From Amoebidium appalachense (taxonomy: Eukaryota; Protista; Ichthyosporea), in the NCBI GenBank assembly GCA_963693365.1, contig CAVNZM010000004.1, forward strand, positions 2,378,389 through 2,442,388: a DNA stretch of 64,000 nt. The letters are read 5' to 3'. Position numbers and translations under genes: made by a program. A model generated the notes under the pieces. It was not told the DNA's origin. It searched no databases and saw nothing but the letters and a program-made list of their open reading frames with translations. Below, piece after piece: positions 1-22,981 of this stretch; the stretch's first letter is position 1, and each line of letters begins with the position of its first letter.

Positions 1-34
<34 letters not shown>

Positions 35-594
35 ATAGTAACAGAACGAAATCACTACGGCCATGCATCTTGGAAATGTGCGATATTTTCATCATTTCGT
101 TCTGTTGCCTTTCCAATGTTTCTACACCATAGCGAAACCATGTGCATTACACATGCTTGTACGCACGTGTGCATGTGCAATGCAGCATGCATGTGTGCGC
201 AGCGCATATGCCGTGTCTGTGTCTCATGTGGCTTTCAACCACTGCAATGCAATGCATGTTTACCGTGACAAGTGTGTACGGGTTTAGTATGCTATACGTG
301 CGTGAGCAGCCCCGCAATATACACACGTGCAAGCATGCAGCAAGTGCATGCATAAAGGCATGTGTCAAGAAAGCAAACAGAGAGAAGAACAAGACACATC
401 CAAAACTGCCACACTGACGGGCTCGGAAACACAAAATCTGATACCCATAACATTATAACCCCAACATCGACACGACACCACAGTGCGCACGAGATAGCTA
501 TCGCTAATCTAATTCTCCCCACTTTTGCACCTCAACAACCAACAGTACTGTTTGCAGTGCAATATGAGGCTACTTGCACGGTGGAGACACTTAC

Positions 595-800
595 TCGTTC
601 ATGGACCGTGTGCGCTCTGCACGGTATCCACCACTCTCTCGTGGGCCGTAAGAGCCATGTGCAGGGGGCTGCAAGGATGCATGTTTGTTAGATGAAAGCC
701 CTGTGAGCTGGAAGCCAAGAGCGTGGGGATAACATTCAGAAACGCGAAAAGGTTCGTAGATGACACATACGCGCACACACATACACACGGGGAGGGAGGG

Positions 801-887
<87 letters not shown>

Positions 888-3800
888 GGGGCAATGCAGA
901 AAGAGTTATAGAGAGGAGGGGCGGATGTACGTCTACAGGCGTGTGCACGTCATGGCGTAAATATATAAACCCAGCATCATTCATACTCCACCATGCTGTC
1001 CTGCTAATCGATCATAATCGTGGCAACGACGGTTCATTCCCTGATCCACATTTCCTCAAATATGCCAAGGTCAGCCTTAAAAACCGTCTACTATCCAACA
1101 ATAGGCCAACATTAACGAACACACACCTTCCTCATGCCACCGCCCCCACCATAAGCCGCAGCAAGGTGGTGTTGGGGCAGTTGGTTTGTGGGCATGCTTG
1201 ACTGGCGGCCAAAGGGCGGTGCCCGTTGCTGGGGCCCATCCTGATCATCGTCCCAATAGACGTTGGGGGATGAGTGCACAAGACCCTCCCGGTAGCCCGC
1301 CATGCTGGCAATATGTGCTGTAACAAGCAGAGGGTTAGCTGATAGAATGGCTTTGCCACACGTCAAGTCCATCTCACGTAAGGCCTCCTCTTGCTCATTA
1401 TACATGCAGATAAAGACACAAATACACGCAAACAACAGTATGTACTTGAAAAGACATTGGCTAGATCTGCCCGTGAAAAACGGAGGGACAAAGAACTTGC
1501 ATACTGATGGCCACTCGGAATGCAAACATAATCCCAAGCCCACACCCTATCTACATACAGCAATTATCTTCTGTAAATGCGCCTCTTTCGACTCCACACG
1601 ACATCAATCTATACAAAGCAACACCAGAAGTATACAATGACGCTGTTATCATAAAAGCACAGATAGACAGACAAGCGCAATAACAAGCACATGCACGACA
1701 AACCTAAGCACACACAGTCTCGACACAGACGTACAAACACATTGAGTCAACTACCTTGCATGTGTCGAGGGATGGGTGGATCTGGGGCAGCCGAATAGAA
1801 GGCCTCTCGTTGCCTCTCAAGCTGGCGCTGTTTGGATATCCGGGCATCCATCATTTCCTCGTACATGTTACGAGACCCCTGCATAGTGTGCCCAGTTAGC
1901 TCGCACTAACGACAAACATACTCTCTCCTCAGGCCCCCCACCACACTACCTACACAGCTGCTTGACCATGGACAACAAACTGACCTCCATTCCTTCCCCC
2001 CCCCCCCCCCCCCCCCCAAAACACACACACACACAAGATACAAGCGGGTTGAAATCCAACTTCTCTCACTCAACGTGCCTACCCAAGCCACCGTGCGACG
2101 TTTCACTTACCCCATCGACCGACATCGAGCCGAAATTCTCCAAAAATCCACGGGGCAACGATGAGGACATCTGCTGCCGTTGCCTGCTTTGGATCCCCTG
2201 TCGGGGTATGGACATGGGGGGGTTTGGTAGGCCACGGCTAGGCTTACTCGCAGAACCCTCCAAGTCGTCCAGGTATGCCAGGGAAGGTGGTTTCATTTCA
2301 GGACTCCCAAATGGAGATGAGCTGCGCTGGCTCTCACGCTGCAAGAAAGCAATCGGTTAGAGGAAGCTGTAGTAACCGAGAGCAGATAACCAACCGTCTC
2401 AACGACCTCCCCTCCCCCCCACCCCCGCCTAACACACACACACACACATACACACACACACACACACACTGCACACACAACACTACGAGAATACAACATG
2501 CATATATTTGATGATAGAATGCGTATGAAATCTAGAGCTCATGCCCCAGTGCAAACTACGGCAACGATATGCAGTCCAAAACACACACACACACACACAC
2601 ACACACTGGTTGCATTTCTACAATCCCAAACAAATGGAAACAACATCCATGTAGGGAAGCACATCCGACAGACTTACCCCTGAGAGTGGGTTGGCAAGGA
2701 AGGGGTCAGCCTGGCCACTCTCCGTATCGAGCGGGTTGTTAAATCCACGAGGGGACAAGCTGTTGTTTCCCCAGATGTTTCCATTGTCGTTCTTCAAACC
2801 ACAACAGTTAGATTTCATGACCAGGTACTATGAAAAAGAAGTGGCAGGGTTGTAAGGTGGAAAGGTGCGGATGACTAGAGAGCAAACGAGGGTAAAATGA
2901 TCTCGAGTATTCAACCCTCCGCAGAGAGGATAGCTTCCCAAAGCTTTCTGGAATCAGAAAGTGGGACTAAAAAAAAAACTTTCCCGTGGTTTAGATTCAT
3001 CGATAGGGCAACCACAAAAGCATTCATTTAAACCATGACCATTGCCGGACAACCACACACACACACACACACACACACATGCCCGCGCGCGCAATCGTGC
3101 ACGCACGCACGCAAGACCGCACACACTCACTCACTCATGCACATGTACATACACATGCACATGCAGGGAGAGAGAAGGTGTGTGTGTGTGTGTGTTTTTG
3201 GGGAGGGGGGGGGGGGGGGGGGGGGGGGGAGGGGGGAAGAAAAAAAAGAGAGAGAGAGAGAGAGAGGCTGGTGTGTTTGTGTGTTTGCGCCGAGGATGGG
3301 AGGGGGAGGGGGGAGGAGGGGGAGGGATAAAGTAGTGCACAACAGAGGATAGGAGTCACCCACCAGGCTTAGCGGCTTCTGCATCTCATCCTGGCCAGCA
3401 TTCTTAGGGCTGACCCCGAAGAGGTTCTGGCCATAGGGGCCCTCCCACTGATTCCACGTTCCACTCTCACCAGGGTTGCCTCCCATGTCCTCTTCTCCAC
3501 CCCTCTGCACCAGAGAAAAGTTATATTCTGGTCACGCCCATGTGCACCGGTTCTTGTGCAGTTACAAGGCCATAGCCCTCGCTATCGCGCCACCAACCCA
3601 GCAATCACGACTTTTTGTCATAATGACAAGAGCATGTGCCCTACACATGGATGGAACTTGTAAAACTTACCAAATACAGGTCGTAGTAGGCAGCCAGGGG
3701 ATCCACCGACATGGTCATGTCCCTGTCCGACGGGTAGTCAAAGAAACTGCTCATCAGTGGGCTCACTGCCTGCGGCGGTGCACTGTTGGAACGGAAATCA

Positions 3801-4478
3801 AGATCACGGATCTTGGCTGCCATAAGGCCCTCATGCCCGCGTCCGCCTTCCCGAACAAGCTCTGCAAGTTCACCCTGCCAAAGAACAGTCAGTCAGGCAG
3901 CTTATACCGTTCACAAACTTTGCAAAGTGGTTGCTCCCTCCCCCCAGACACGTACACAAGTTCACCATCAGCACTGTATTAGACAAAGGGCACACCTGCA
4001 GTATGCAAGCCCTGGTGACCAAACCCAGAACACGTTTTATATAGGGCAAAATAAGAGCCATTGTGCTCATGGAGAGAGAGAATCACAACCCGAACCCCAC
4101 TGCTTTATCGAAGATTTATTTCACCTTCACAGCAAACCGCGGAGGTGCCCTCTAGTGTTATGTGTGCCGGTATGCACGTGACGGTTTGTGTGTGTTGCTG
4201 CCCTTGCCCTTTTGTATGGTGCATTACACATATAGTGCAAGCAAACTAGATGCAGGATTGTGTGTGTGAGCCGTTGTGTGTGCTTGTGTGCACGAACGAG
4301 CGAGTTCCTGTATGTCCTGTGTGTCTGCCTCTGTGTGCCACCAGGCAACTGTACGGTGAACGCAGCAACCCTGCACGTGAATGTCCGTTGCTATATCTGA
4401 GAACTAAAAGGGATTTTCCCTTACCTTGAATTGCATGCCCCGCTCCACGGAGGGCTGAGTAATGGAGTGTCCCGACAT
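595..4478 (-). CDS. Multi-exon gene, 5' part only (continues past window start); low-complexity N-terminus resembling Pumilio/PUF RNA-binding proteins
   Basis: Frame-consistent GT-AG exons 4478-4425, 3874-3671, 3504-3364, 2791-2678, 2338-2111, 1878-1755, 1317-1127, 668-595. Start MSGHSITQPSVERGMQFK|GELAELVRE...IRDLDFRSNSAPP...DPLAAYYDLY recalls the plant APUM N-terminal motifs (LYRSGSAPP, DPAYLSYYY). PUF repeats are not in the window, so identity is tentative. Confidence 0.5.
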
Positions 4479-6378
4479 AGTGGAGGAACTTGGCCACCGG
4501 CCAGATCCACCAGAACTTCCAACACACGCACAAACTGTGGGCCCCAAAGAACCAGTTAGATCCAGCTGTCGGCAGCACGACCGGATAACCAAAATGTTAT
4601 GCCTCTAAATAAACCGTGCCATTACATTAACACTGCTAAAACAGCTCAAAAGCTTGAGGAGGGACAAAACCTCAGCTTAGACATGTAAACATCGGTAATC
4701 CATATCATGGACACGTAGCCCATGACCATTAGAGAGATTAGAATGTCTGCGCAAAATCACCACTGCATTGGTTTAGCCCTAAAACCGCTCCGTCGCAAAA
4801 ATGCATGCCGCCGAGTCTTTGGCGTCCGTCCCGTATTCCAACCCCAAAAAAAGCAGATCTACCGCCAAGGAACCTTTCGAAAAAATACCATATAGGTACG
4901 AAAAGCAAAGAAAATAGTCTACCGAATGAGATGTGCTCACGATTGCTGCGGATGGTTCAAAGTATCCTTGGATGCACCAGTGATAGGCATATTCCTCGAT
5001 TATCGAGTGAAAAACGGTCGCTAAAACTGTCAAGAAAGAAGCGCCGGTCTCGCGCTGATATCTCGGCTTCAAACAATCATCCATGGACGAAAAAGCGATG
5101 ATCTCGTAGAAAACTGAGAATACAACGCTTGCAGAGCTACACTTACGGGAATTATATAGAAGAGAGCCCAATCAAGCAGCGTAACCTTGACCCTCAGACA
5201 CAATCGTTCTCCTCCTCCGTTGGTGCTTCCGCGAACGAAGTGTCAACAACAAACAACAAACAACCGTCCGTTGCAGGCATCGGCCACATTCCAACGATTG
5301 AACAAAACACTCAAAAGGCTAAAGGCTCTAACGGTTAACACTGTTTTATTGTTGGTAAACAGGTCCTAATAGACACTTTTAAAACTTCTATACACTTTAA
5401 ACATTTTATAATCCGTCTGTTGAATGCCTATTGCATTCTTTATTGTATATTGCTTATATGTAAGAGCCAATCAGCGCAAACCCAAATACCGCGACAAAAT
5501 TATGGAACCAATCATTCTAACAAAGGGTAATACCTGGCAATAAAGGGGGGCTATGCTCGGTACAAATTTGTTTTTTGGAGATATGTGAACTCTTTTTTTT
5601 TGGATAAGGCTCAGTTTGAAGGCTAAAAAACTAAATGCTTGGCCTTTATTACTCACATCCATAACGGTAACTGATGTGCTAAAAAACATAATTCTTTATA
5701 CCCTTTAAAGGGCTCACATGGAAGAAATTCATGGAAAACGCCAGGAGCTCAAATTTGAAGAAAATGGGGTGCCAACGCCAAAGCAGGCTGCAGTCAATGG
5801 ACAAAATCGGTTTGGGGAGAATGCTTTCTGTGTACGTCATGGCTCTTTGTAAGAGCTCCCGAGCTCCAGGCAGTAGCAGGCTAGCAGCTCAGGCTGTCCA
5901 TGGCCAGCACACCAATGGCCCAGCCAATGATGTAAGGTGCTTCTCTACATAGAGCTTGGGACACGCGAGATGTTGCCCCCTGCAGCATGCGCATTCCTTT
6001 GGCACCACATGGTTTGATGCGTCAACCGTGTTGTTTTTTTCTTCACTTTTGCACTCAAAGAAGTGGGATTTGTTTTCCAAGCATCCAGTTCCCGTGTGGA
6101 TGTGGGTTGCATCCAGTGTTTTTACACCCCTGCGGTTCGCAGCCAGGCTGCCCCAGCCCGAGTGTTTTTTTAGTTTTGCCGTCAAGTGTGCGCCTGTTAA
6201 ATCCTGTGTGTGCCGGTGTTACTCTTTTTGTGTGTGTCCGTGCATGCGTGCATGCGCGCGCGTGTGTGCTTGTGTATTGGGCAGGTCGGAGAGGGGGATA
6301 GGGTAGGGTAGGGTGGGGTGGGCTTGTTGTGGAGGTGTGTATTGGGCGGGTGGGAGAGTGGGGTGTGGGGGGGAGGCC

Positions 6379-6413
<35 letters not shown>

Positions 6414-6853
6414 GGTCCGTGGAGTCTTTGAGCCAGAGAGTGTATGACATAAAGGCCCTGCATTATGGCACTCCCTTTAAAATACGAGTTTACGGGTTCG
6501 CACGGGTTTTCTTTTACGGTGATGAACCCTGTTTGCAGCACCGGCCGTGACCAAAGGAGTCTCATGTTGAAACGTTCGTCAGCTATTTTGAGTTTCTGGA
6601 ACAACCCACAAAGAAATGGGCATAATTATCCACATGATATGTACATCCGTATGAATGAGGCCGAAGATCTGTGCTACAAACACCTCAAAGTTGTACGTGA
6701 AGATTCGGGCATGATGTAAAATTTTTCATCATAAACCGTTAAGGATCACAAGGGTTGTCGTTAACCGTTATGGCCAATGCCCCAATCACGATATAGATGG
6801 CCATTATATATCTCCTCCTCACTTGCTTCACAGCTATCACATACGTCTACGGC

Positions 6854-7722
6854 CTATTTCTCGTCCTCGTCATGCTCCTGCATCTTGTACATGTCCTTAA
6901 GCTCCCAGAGGTTCTTGTAGTCGCCCTTGCTGTGGTACGTGGCTATCTCCTTCAGCACCTCCTTGAGCCACGGCTGGGGCTGGTCAGTCTTGGCCACCAG
7001 GTCGGTGATCTTGTAGTACTGGTGCTCCCGGAACAGCTGGAACAGCTTCTGTTGCAACGGTTCCTTCTCCATGCGCACCCTCTTGTCAAGCTGCGGAAAC
7101 GGAAACCGCGTCAGCAGTAATACAACACCAGTAACGAGAAAACAACGGGGGATTGATATAGTGACACACAGGGTCCTGGACAATCGATCGGGCCTACTGA
7201 TGCTGCTTCTGCCCTCCCCCCATCTCCGGGTACTGCTACCCTCCACGTGCCCATGCATAGAAGCATACCACAAGTCTATCAGATAATGATGTTGCACGCA
7301 ATCCTTCCCCAGCATGTAACCAACCCTCTTCCCTCCTCCCCCCTCCCCCCCCCCCCCTCCCCTCCCTCCCTCCCTCCCTCCTCCCCCCTCCCCCCCCCCC
7401 CCCACACACACACGCCACCTCACCCTTCAAGCCCAATCCTTTCCTTGCCTATGTTAAGCACAAAAGCAAGAGAGATAAACAGGCACACATCACCCATCCA
7501 CCCAACCATCCAAGAGCTCAACCAGGTAATATGTATACAAAAGCACAGGAAAGAGGGTCCGGGGAGGGGGAGGGGAGGGGGGAGGGAAAGGTTTGACCAA
7601 AGACTAACGCAAATTGTGGTTCAGAAACCCAAAGATAGAAAAAAGCAACTTCTAAACGCAGGGCGAAGAGATACACAAAGCAGGAGCAAACGGCGGACAG
7701 AGCCTAGAGTGCTGGGACAAGA

Positions 7723-7753
<31 letters not shown>

Positions 7754-8531
7754 AAGAGGGGGGGGGGTAGGTTTGGATTTGAGAGAGCGCCACAAAAACC
7801 ACATGGGAAAAGCCATACCGGGTCGCCTCTGTACTCGGGGGCCTTGACGACCTTGAAGGTATCATTTGCAGTCCGCTCCTTGCCGGTCTGCACGTGGCCC
7901 TCCGTGGCTCTCTGCGGCTGGGCTGCCTTTGTCCTCTCCCCCATCAGCTTCATGTACGCGGCGCTCAGCTGTGCCTGTGCGTCACCTCTCAGCCCCACCT
8001 TGCCCTCCATTCTCTGCAGAAGAACGATTGTTAATTCTCTCAAACAGTTATGATCGTTTCATCCCCTCCCGTCCCCAACCAAAAAAAAAAAAAGAAAAAA
8101 ACCTCGCACCAGCCCTGCGCCATACATCCGGCCAATACCGACACCCTCCCCCTGCACTACCTCCTTTATCCGCGTCCCATTTGCGGAAACGGACAAGAAT
8201 CTTTGAAACCATTCACAAAAACAATGCAGGAAAACACCTACCGTGGCACCAGTCGTTTGATTTTCAGAGAAGATGTAAGTGTCTTTTGACTCAATGGCAG
8301 AGGTCTCCTTAATGTTGTATTGTGCCATGATCTTAGGGGCCTTCTCAATCACAACGTGGCCGTTCTCAGCCTCCCTCTTGACGCCTTCGGGCACACGAGG
8401 GTGAAGGGTAATCGTCTTGCCGTTGCGGCCGTTGGCCCTGCAATATGAGGGCAGCAAGAAAAAAAATGGGATGAGGTGGAGGTTGAAAGAGTGGTGGTCG
8501 AGGAACCGGGGAGGGGGCGGGGCAGGCGGGG

Positions 8532-8581
<50 letters not shown>

Positions 8582-9440
8582 GGGGAAGGAGGGAGGGAGA
8601 ATGGAAAGGGAAAGCCAAGGCATGAAAAGGAAAGAGAGAAAGAGAGGGAGAGGTAGAGGAGCAGCCAGAGGGAGAACGGGAGAGAGGGGGCGAAGAGGAG
8701 ACCAGAGAAAGAAGGGGGGGCAGGGAGAGGAGGGGGCAGGGAGAGGGAGAGAGGGAGGGAGCGAGTGAGAGGTGGTGGGGGAGCATGAATCAAAAGAAGA
8801 GGGGGGGGGGGGGGGGGAGCAAGGTTTCAAAGACAACAACCTCTTCAGCGAAGAATTCGTTGCATCCTTTGCTTGCACGACTACGTGAACAGGCTGGTGA
8901 GGTGAACCGGGGTGCTCAAAGACGAAAGGAAAAACACATGCAATAGCTCCACCACCTAAGGTATAGGAGAGAGACGGGCCGTCGATGCTTAGAGTGTCAC
9001 TAGGTATTTCAATGCCTGAAACAGTTAGCAGAGCCACGAGAGGCTGATAAAGGGGAATAAGTGGCATGGCTGTTCTCTTCAAACCATTAACGTGCACAAC
9101 CACAAACGAACAACACTACAACACAAAACAAAAACACGCTGAAATAAAAAAGCATTCACACGAGCAGATAAGCCTACACGAGGCTTACAAGGAGTCCTTA
9201 AAAGCAGGGAAACGGTTATCTTCAGTTAAACACAAAAGAAAAAACTCACTCGTAAAGACGCAGTGTCCCCAGGTCAGCACCAGGAGGCAGCGAGGCCCAA
9301 TACTCGGCCATGCTGGGAGGCAGCTTGATCAGCCACACGTTCTGATCGATGTTCTTGGTGCTAAACTGCTCTTCGTCACCGTCCAGATCCATTTTTTCGT
9401 CCTTGAAATCAGCACCGTCGTACTCCATTTTCACGGCCAT
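6854..9440 (-). CDS. GTF2F2: General transcription factor IIF subunit beta (RAP30), 4 exons, ~272 aa
   Basis: Exons 9440-9250, 8437-8242, 8013-7819, 7090-6854 splice in frame. N-terminal VWLIKLPP..AEYW..LGTLR and C-terminal winged helix LFQLFREHQYYKITDLVAKTDQPQPWLKEVLKEIA...WELKDMY are characteristic of RAP30. Confidence 0.93.
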
Positions 9441-9960
9441 CCTTAACACTGCAGGGATCAAAAGACCCACTACACTCGAAGTAGAACGTACTAGCACCTC
9501 CAATCCGGATGCAATCAATGCTATTCAGAATACGTAAGGGAATAGGCTCCAGTAAATAACTACCAGCTCCTTCTCTCGGGAAATAATATTTACTGTGCAG
9601 AAACTTGCAACGTAAGAGCATTTGAGAGGGCTCCAAGTAAATGTTTGCCTGCCAATAAAGAAAGCAGCGTGAAAAGGTGATGCTAAACCTGTATACGTAT
9701 GGCAGCTGCAGCTACAGCATAAGTATGCCTATGCCTAGATTGCTCACTACAAAAACAACCTACAACTCTTCCTTTTCTTAAGCAACAACCGCTGCATCTA
9801 TTCCTGGAAGCAATACGGAGCCTGGGTCACCGTGAAAAGTTTCTGAAGCAAAAGCAGGCAAGTTGGCTCGGTTGCTGCCTTTTCAACTCAGGACTTGGGA
9901 GTCCGATGATGATGATGACGCATCCCCTTTCAACTGCAACAAACCGAGCACCTATGGTTT

Positions 9961-10008
9961 GTGACGTCATTAATGTCACGTGACCGTTTTGTGAAAATGG
10001 CGGGAAAT
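9961..10008. promoter_or_regulatory. Motif cluster in the divergent GTF2F2/BUB3 promoter
   Basis: TGACGTCA (CRE, 9962-9969), GTCACGTGAC (palindromic E-box, 9975-9984), AAAATGGCGG (YY1-like, 9994-10003) overlapping GGCGGGAAA (E2F-like, 9999-10007). Lies in the ~750 bp between the two start codons. Confidence 0.55.
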
Positions 10009-10189
10009 TTGTTACAGTCAGTGTCTGTCAGAGTCACTCAGCGACCCCGCAACAGAACGAGTCGAACGAAAGTGTAATAGCATAGCCCGGGTTGTCGGAG
10101 GGTAGCGCGTTTAGGCACAAAACTTTACGGTACACGTGTTTTCTATCATAGTAGCTGTATAGGGTTTGCTGCAAAGCTTTCACGCGAGA

Positions 10190-18742
<8,553 letters not shown>

Positions 18743-19196
18743 GCCACGATTTCACAAGTGGGGGAGAAACTGTTTGTGGGAGGTGGTTTTCATTCCACTA
18801 TGACCACAAAGGCAGAGTAGCTCCAGATGCGCCCCACATATCGGCCAGCACGATGAACGTTCTCATTTTCACCTGCTGCATTCTGTAATTGTTGGGTGTA
18901 TTTCCAACCCTTTATCCCATGACCAGGGGCCTCAAGAACTACTTCTCTAGTTGGCAGTGTTGTACGTTTAGTTCGACAGCACTGTTTGAGCCCGTCAGCA
19001 CACAATATGGGAGTTTCTGACAAGTCGAACGTTATGAAGGGTAACGGTTTGACCTACAGGTAGTGGCCGTGCTGCTAGCGAAATAAATGCTGGCTGGACC
19101 AGCTGAATTCCACTTTGAGTTTCATTGGAACCCCTCCCTCCCCATCTTCCCCCCGACCCTCGTTCTTCCCAAACTCTCACACCATTCGCACACAAG

Positions 19197-19257
<61 letters not shown>

Positions 19258-20595
19258 AAGTGGCTGCGCGTGCACACAAATACATGCGCGCACCCATACA
19301 CACTCTACTGCAGGTAACATAAATACATAGCACACAATCATAGAAGCGCAACAGCTTTCCGGCCCTACTAACTCACGCATGGCCTTCGTATGTTCTACAA
19401 AATAACACGTTGTGCAGCATATGTTAAAGTCTCAGGGATACACATTTCAGGGGTCCTTCGACACTGTCCACGGCAATCAGTAGTTGCATGTGGCAATCAA
19501 CAGTTGCATGGGCAGTGCATAGAATTATGAAAGCATCCGATGCTGCCGACCTCAAACTACATGTAAGGCCTATTTGGGTTACTTGGGCTGTACACTAAAA
19601 AACACATGCGAGGGCACCCATAAGAGCAGATAATGTTCGCCCATGTCCTTGCCCACCATGCTCGTAACAGCGTGGTTGTACACGCACACACACGTGTCTT
19701 CAGTGTGGGTCTGTGTGTGTGCGATCGGCCAAACGGTGGCAGATTCGCACTTTACTCGTATTGGTTTGGATTTTGCACAGAATGATGTATTGGGACAAAG
19801 CGCTGATTTTAAAACTGCTTTCTATTTTTAAGGTAATATATTACTTTGTAAGTTTTGTATCACATTTTTCATTGGATCAAAGGACCGTTTCAATTTTCAT
19901 GTATTGTGCTTCTTACAGCCGGCTGCCGAGGAATGTGTCTTTCCTTTCCTGCTTTCACTGCGGCGGCTCAAGCGCAGCCACTTGCTACAACACACACTGT
20001 GTACATAGTTGAAGCTTTTCACGTGTCATGTTTGTGCCATTTTTTGTGAGGAACAGAGCTATAGTTACTCTCCAGTGCACCCCTCTTTTTTTAGTCTTAT
20101 GCTGATCGCAAAAGAAAAACAGCTTTCAGTATACTGCTTGTCAGTTTCTTGAGCTCATTCTAGACGGTCTATCTAGTTGTGGGGTACTGTCAGGCTGACC
20201 ATAGGAACACTCAAGGTGGCAGCATTGGGCTTAGAGGCAACCACAGTTGCATAGAATCAGACTTTATCTTCCCTTGATGCTTGCTAGCTGTTGCTGCTGG
20301 AATAATCCGTCAGATCCGCCAACTGGTGGGAAAAGAGTTTTCGTCTTTCGAGCCTAAATCGTCACAGCTAGACTCTTAAGGTTGGTACATTCCGCTGGCA
20401 GAGTGTGGTCCCCGTAGTTTCCTTTGCGGCAGGGTTCTTTGCGTTTTGATGGTTTCAGTTTCGATTCGCAAGATAGACGTCTCCATAGAAGGCTTGCCTG
20501 TTTAGTGAGGGGGAGCTGGAGCGTTGGAATGTGCTTCATGTCTCTGCACTTATCTGATTTCTTGCAAAGACTGATCTTATCCATATTCACCAGAA

Positions 20596-22609
20596 ATGTC
20601 GGCCGTTAAGAAACAGTTCAAAAAGCTGATGGGTGGTGGCTCGACCAGCCAGCCAGCCCCCCAGCAGCCACCCGTACAGCAGCAACAGCAGGGCATACCT
20701 GCGTCCGCACAGGCTTACTATGATGCCCTCCAGGCAGCACAACAGCAACAACAACAGCAGCAGCAATTACAGCAACAGCAGTTGCAGATGCACCAGCAGC
20801 AGCAAATGCAACAGCAAATGCACCAAAAACTGCAGCCTTTGCACCCACAACTTCGCCAGCAGCCTCTTCAACCACCGTCCATTCCCCAGCGAGTCCCCTT
20901 GCCAGGAAGCGCTCCACAGCCCGTCACGTCACAGTACCCACCACAGACCCCCTATGTGTACAAGTCGCCCATCCCACCCCAGAACTATTCAGCACGGGCG
21001 GAGGATGATTTCATTTTCGAGGAGGGAGTTTTGGGTGGAGGGCAGTTTGGTGTGGTGCAGGGGGCGGTGTCAAAGCAGACCGGGGCGCAGGTAGCAATTA
21101 AGGTACTGGTGCTGTGTGTGTGTGTGTGTGTGTGTGTGTGCTTATCACGCTTCCCTCGGCTTGTGTTTTCTTCGTTTTCTTGTACTCCACTTAACCAACT
21201 GTGATGTCTCTCCTCATGCCCGCCTGACCTCCCTTCCCCCCCCCCCACTCCCCCCCCCCCTTCCGGCCTCCCCCCACCCCACCTCAGTCAAGCACACACA
21301 CATATACATACACACACTCACAAGCCTTTTTTCCTCGTTCCCTTTCCGCTCCTTTTGTTGCCACTTGTTTTTTTGGTCCAGTGAGTCTTCGATGCAGGTT
21401 GGGCTGTTTAGCCAAGTCTTGTGTTGCCTGGCCACTCCTGCTTATTTACTTTTTGTGCCTAATGCTGGTGGGACTTCCCGTTATCCGGTTTGTGAAGAAT
21501 AGGCAACCGTACACTGAAGGGTCAGCTGTTGCTGGATATGATGTCTGTGTCTCGTTTGTTCGGTTGGTGTGCTGTATCGTGCTGTGTGTGTGTATGGGGG
21601 GGGTGGGTGTGGGGGGGGGGGGAGGGGGGAGGGGGGGGGGGAAATTGGTTGGAGGATCAAAAGTATATGCATATATCGATTGCATCAGTGAGATCTTAGT
21701 GCATCAGTGAGATCTTGGGGAAGGTTTTTATGTGTGCATTGGGGGGGGGAGGAGGGGGGGCTTGTGGGTGCTCTCTATTCAACTTATTCCTGGTTGTATG
21801 TATGCATGGTGGGCGGGGAAGGAAGGGGAGGGGGGAGGGAGCTTGTGGTTGCTCTCTATCCAACTTTTGTTACATAAGCCGAAGATTTTTTGTGACACTT
21901 ATTGTGTGTTTGTGGTTTCGTTGTGTTTCGGTCAACCCTGTTTGCACTGATTTCTAACGGCTTTTATTGTGCAGATGATCCAGTGGCGTGCATTGCTGGA
22001 TGCCGAAATGACACGGCCTGAAAATTTGAAAGCAGAGATGGCACTATTGAAAACACTGCGCAACCCAGGCATCATTTGCCTGGAACATATATACAGCAGC
22101 CCAGACCTTCTATATTTGGTTATGGAACGTGCGTTTGGTGGGGATTTCCTTGACCGGATTTTAAAGAGTCCCATGGGGCACCTGCCCGAGCGTATGGCCA
22201 AGTTCTACATGTGGCAGACACTGCTTGCACTGGTCTATCTGCACGAGAACAATGTGAGTCACACACACAACCACACATATGGACACACACTTAGTCGAAC
22301 ACACACACACATACCACACACACACACACAAAAAAAAAAAAAAAACCTCAAGACGCACAGGCACTCTGGTTGACACACGCACTAACCCACTCGCTCACTC
22401 ATGCACACACCCTATTTAAGGGGCCCCATAATGCGCATTGACTCGCCCATGAACCCATTCTCTTGCACATTCACACACTTGCTTGCACACTCATGCACTC
22501 GCTTTTTCACGCACAGTCTCACACTCACACTCGCTCACTCACTCACGCACTCGCACACTCAACACAAAACACTCACTCACTGAATTACACACTTCCTTCG
22601 GTGCTTGCA

Positions 22610-22650
<41 letters not shown>

Positions 22651-22820
22651 TGCCCCGCCTGCCCGCCCGCCCGCCCGCCCGCCCCCGGCCTGCCCGCACC
22701 CCTCCCCCTGTCGCATAGACACGCACACACACACACACACACTCTTTCTCTCTCTCTCTTTCTCTCTCTCATTCTCTCTCTCTCTCTCTCTCTCTCCCTC
22801 CCTCCCTCCCTCCCTCCCTC

Positions 22821-22871
<51 letters not shown>

Positions 22872-22903
22872 TCCCCGCCCTCCCTCCCTCCCTCCCTTCC
22901 TCT

Positions 22904-22981
<78 letters not shown>

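Noticed and set aside
51-121. Further exon of the Pumilio-like gene (NIGKATERNDENIAHFQDAW)
   Set aside because: Phase-compatible, but the donor is weak and there is no recognisable motif; left out of the model.
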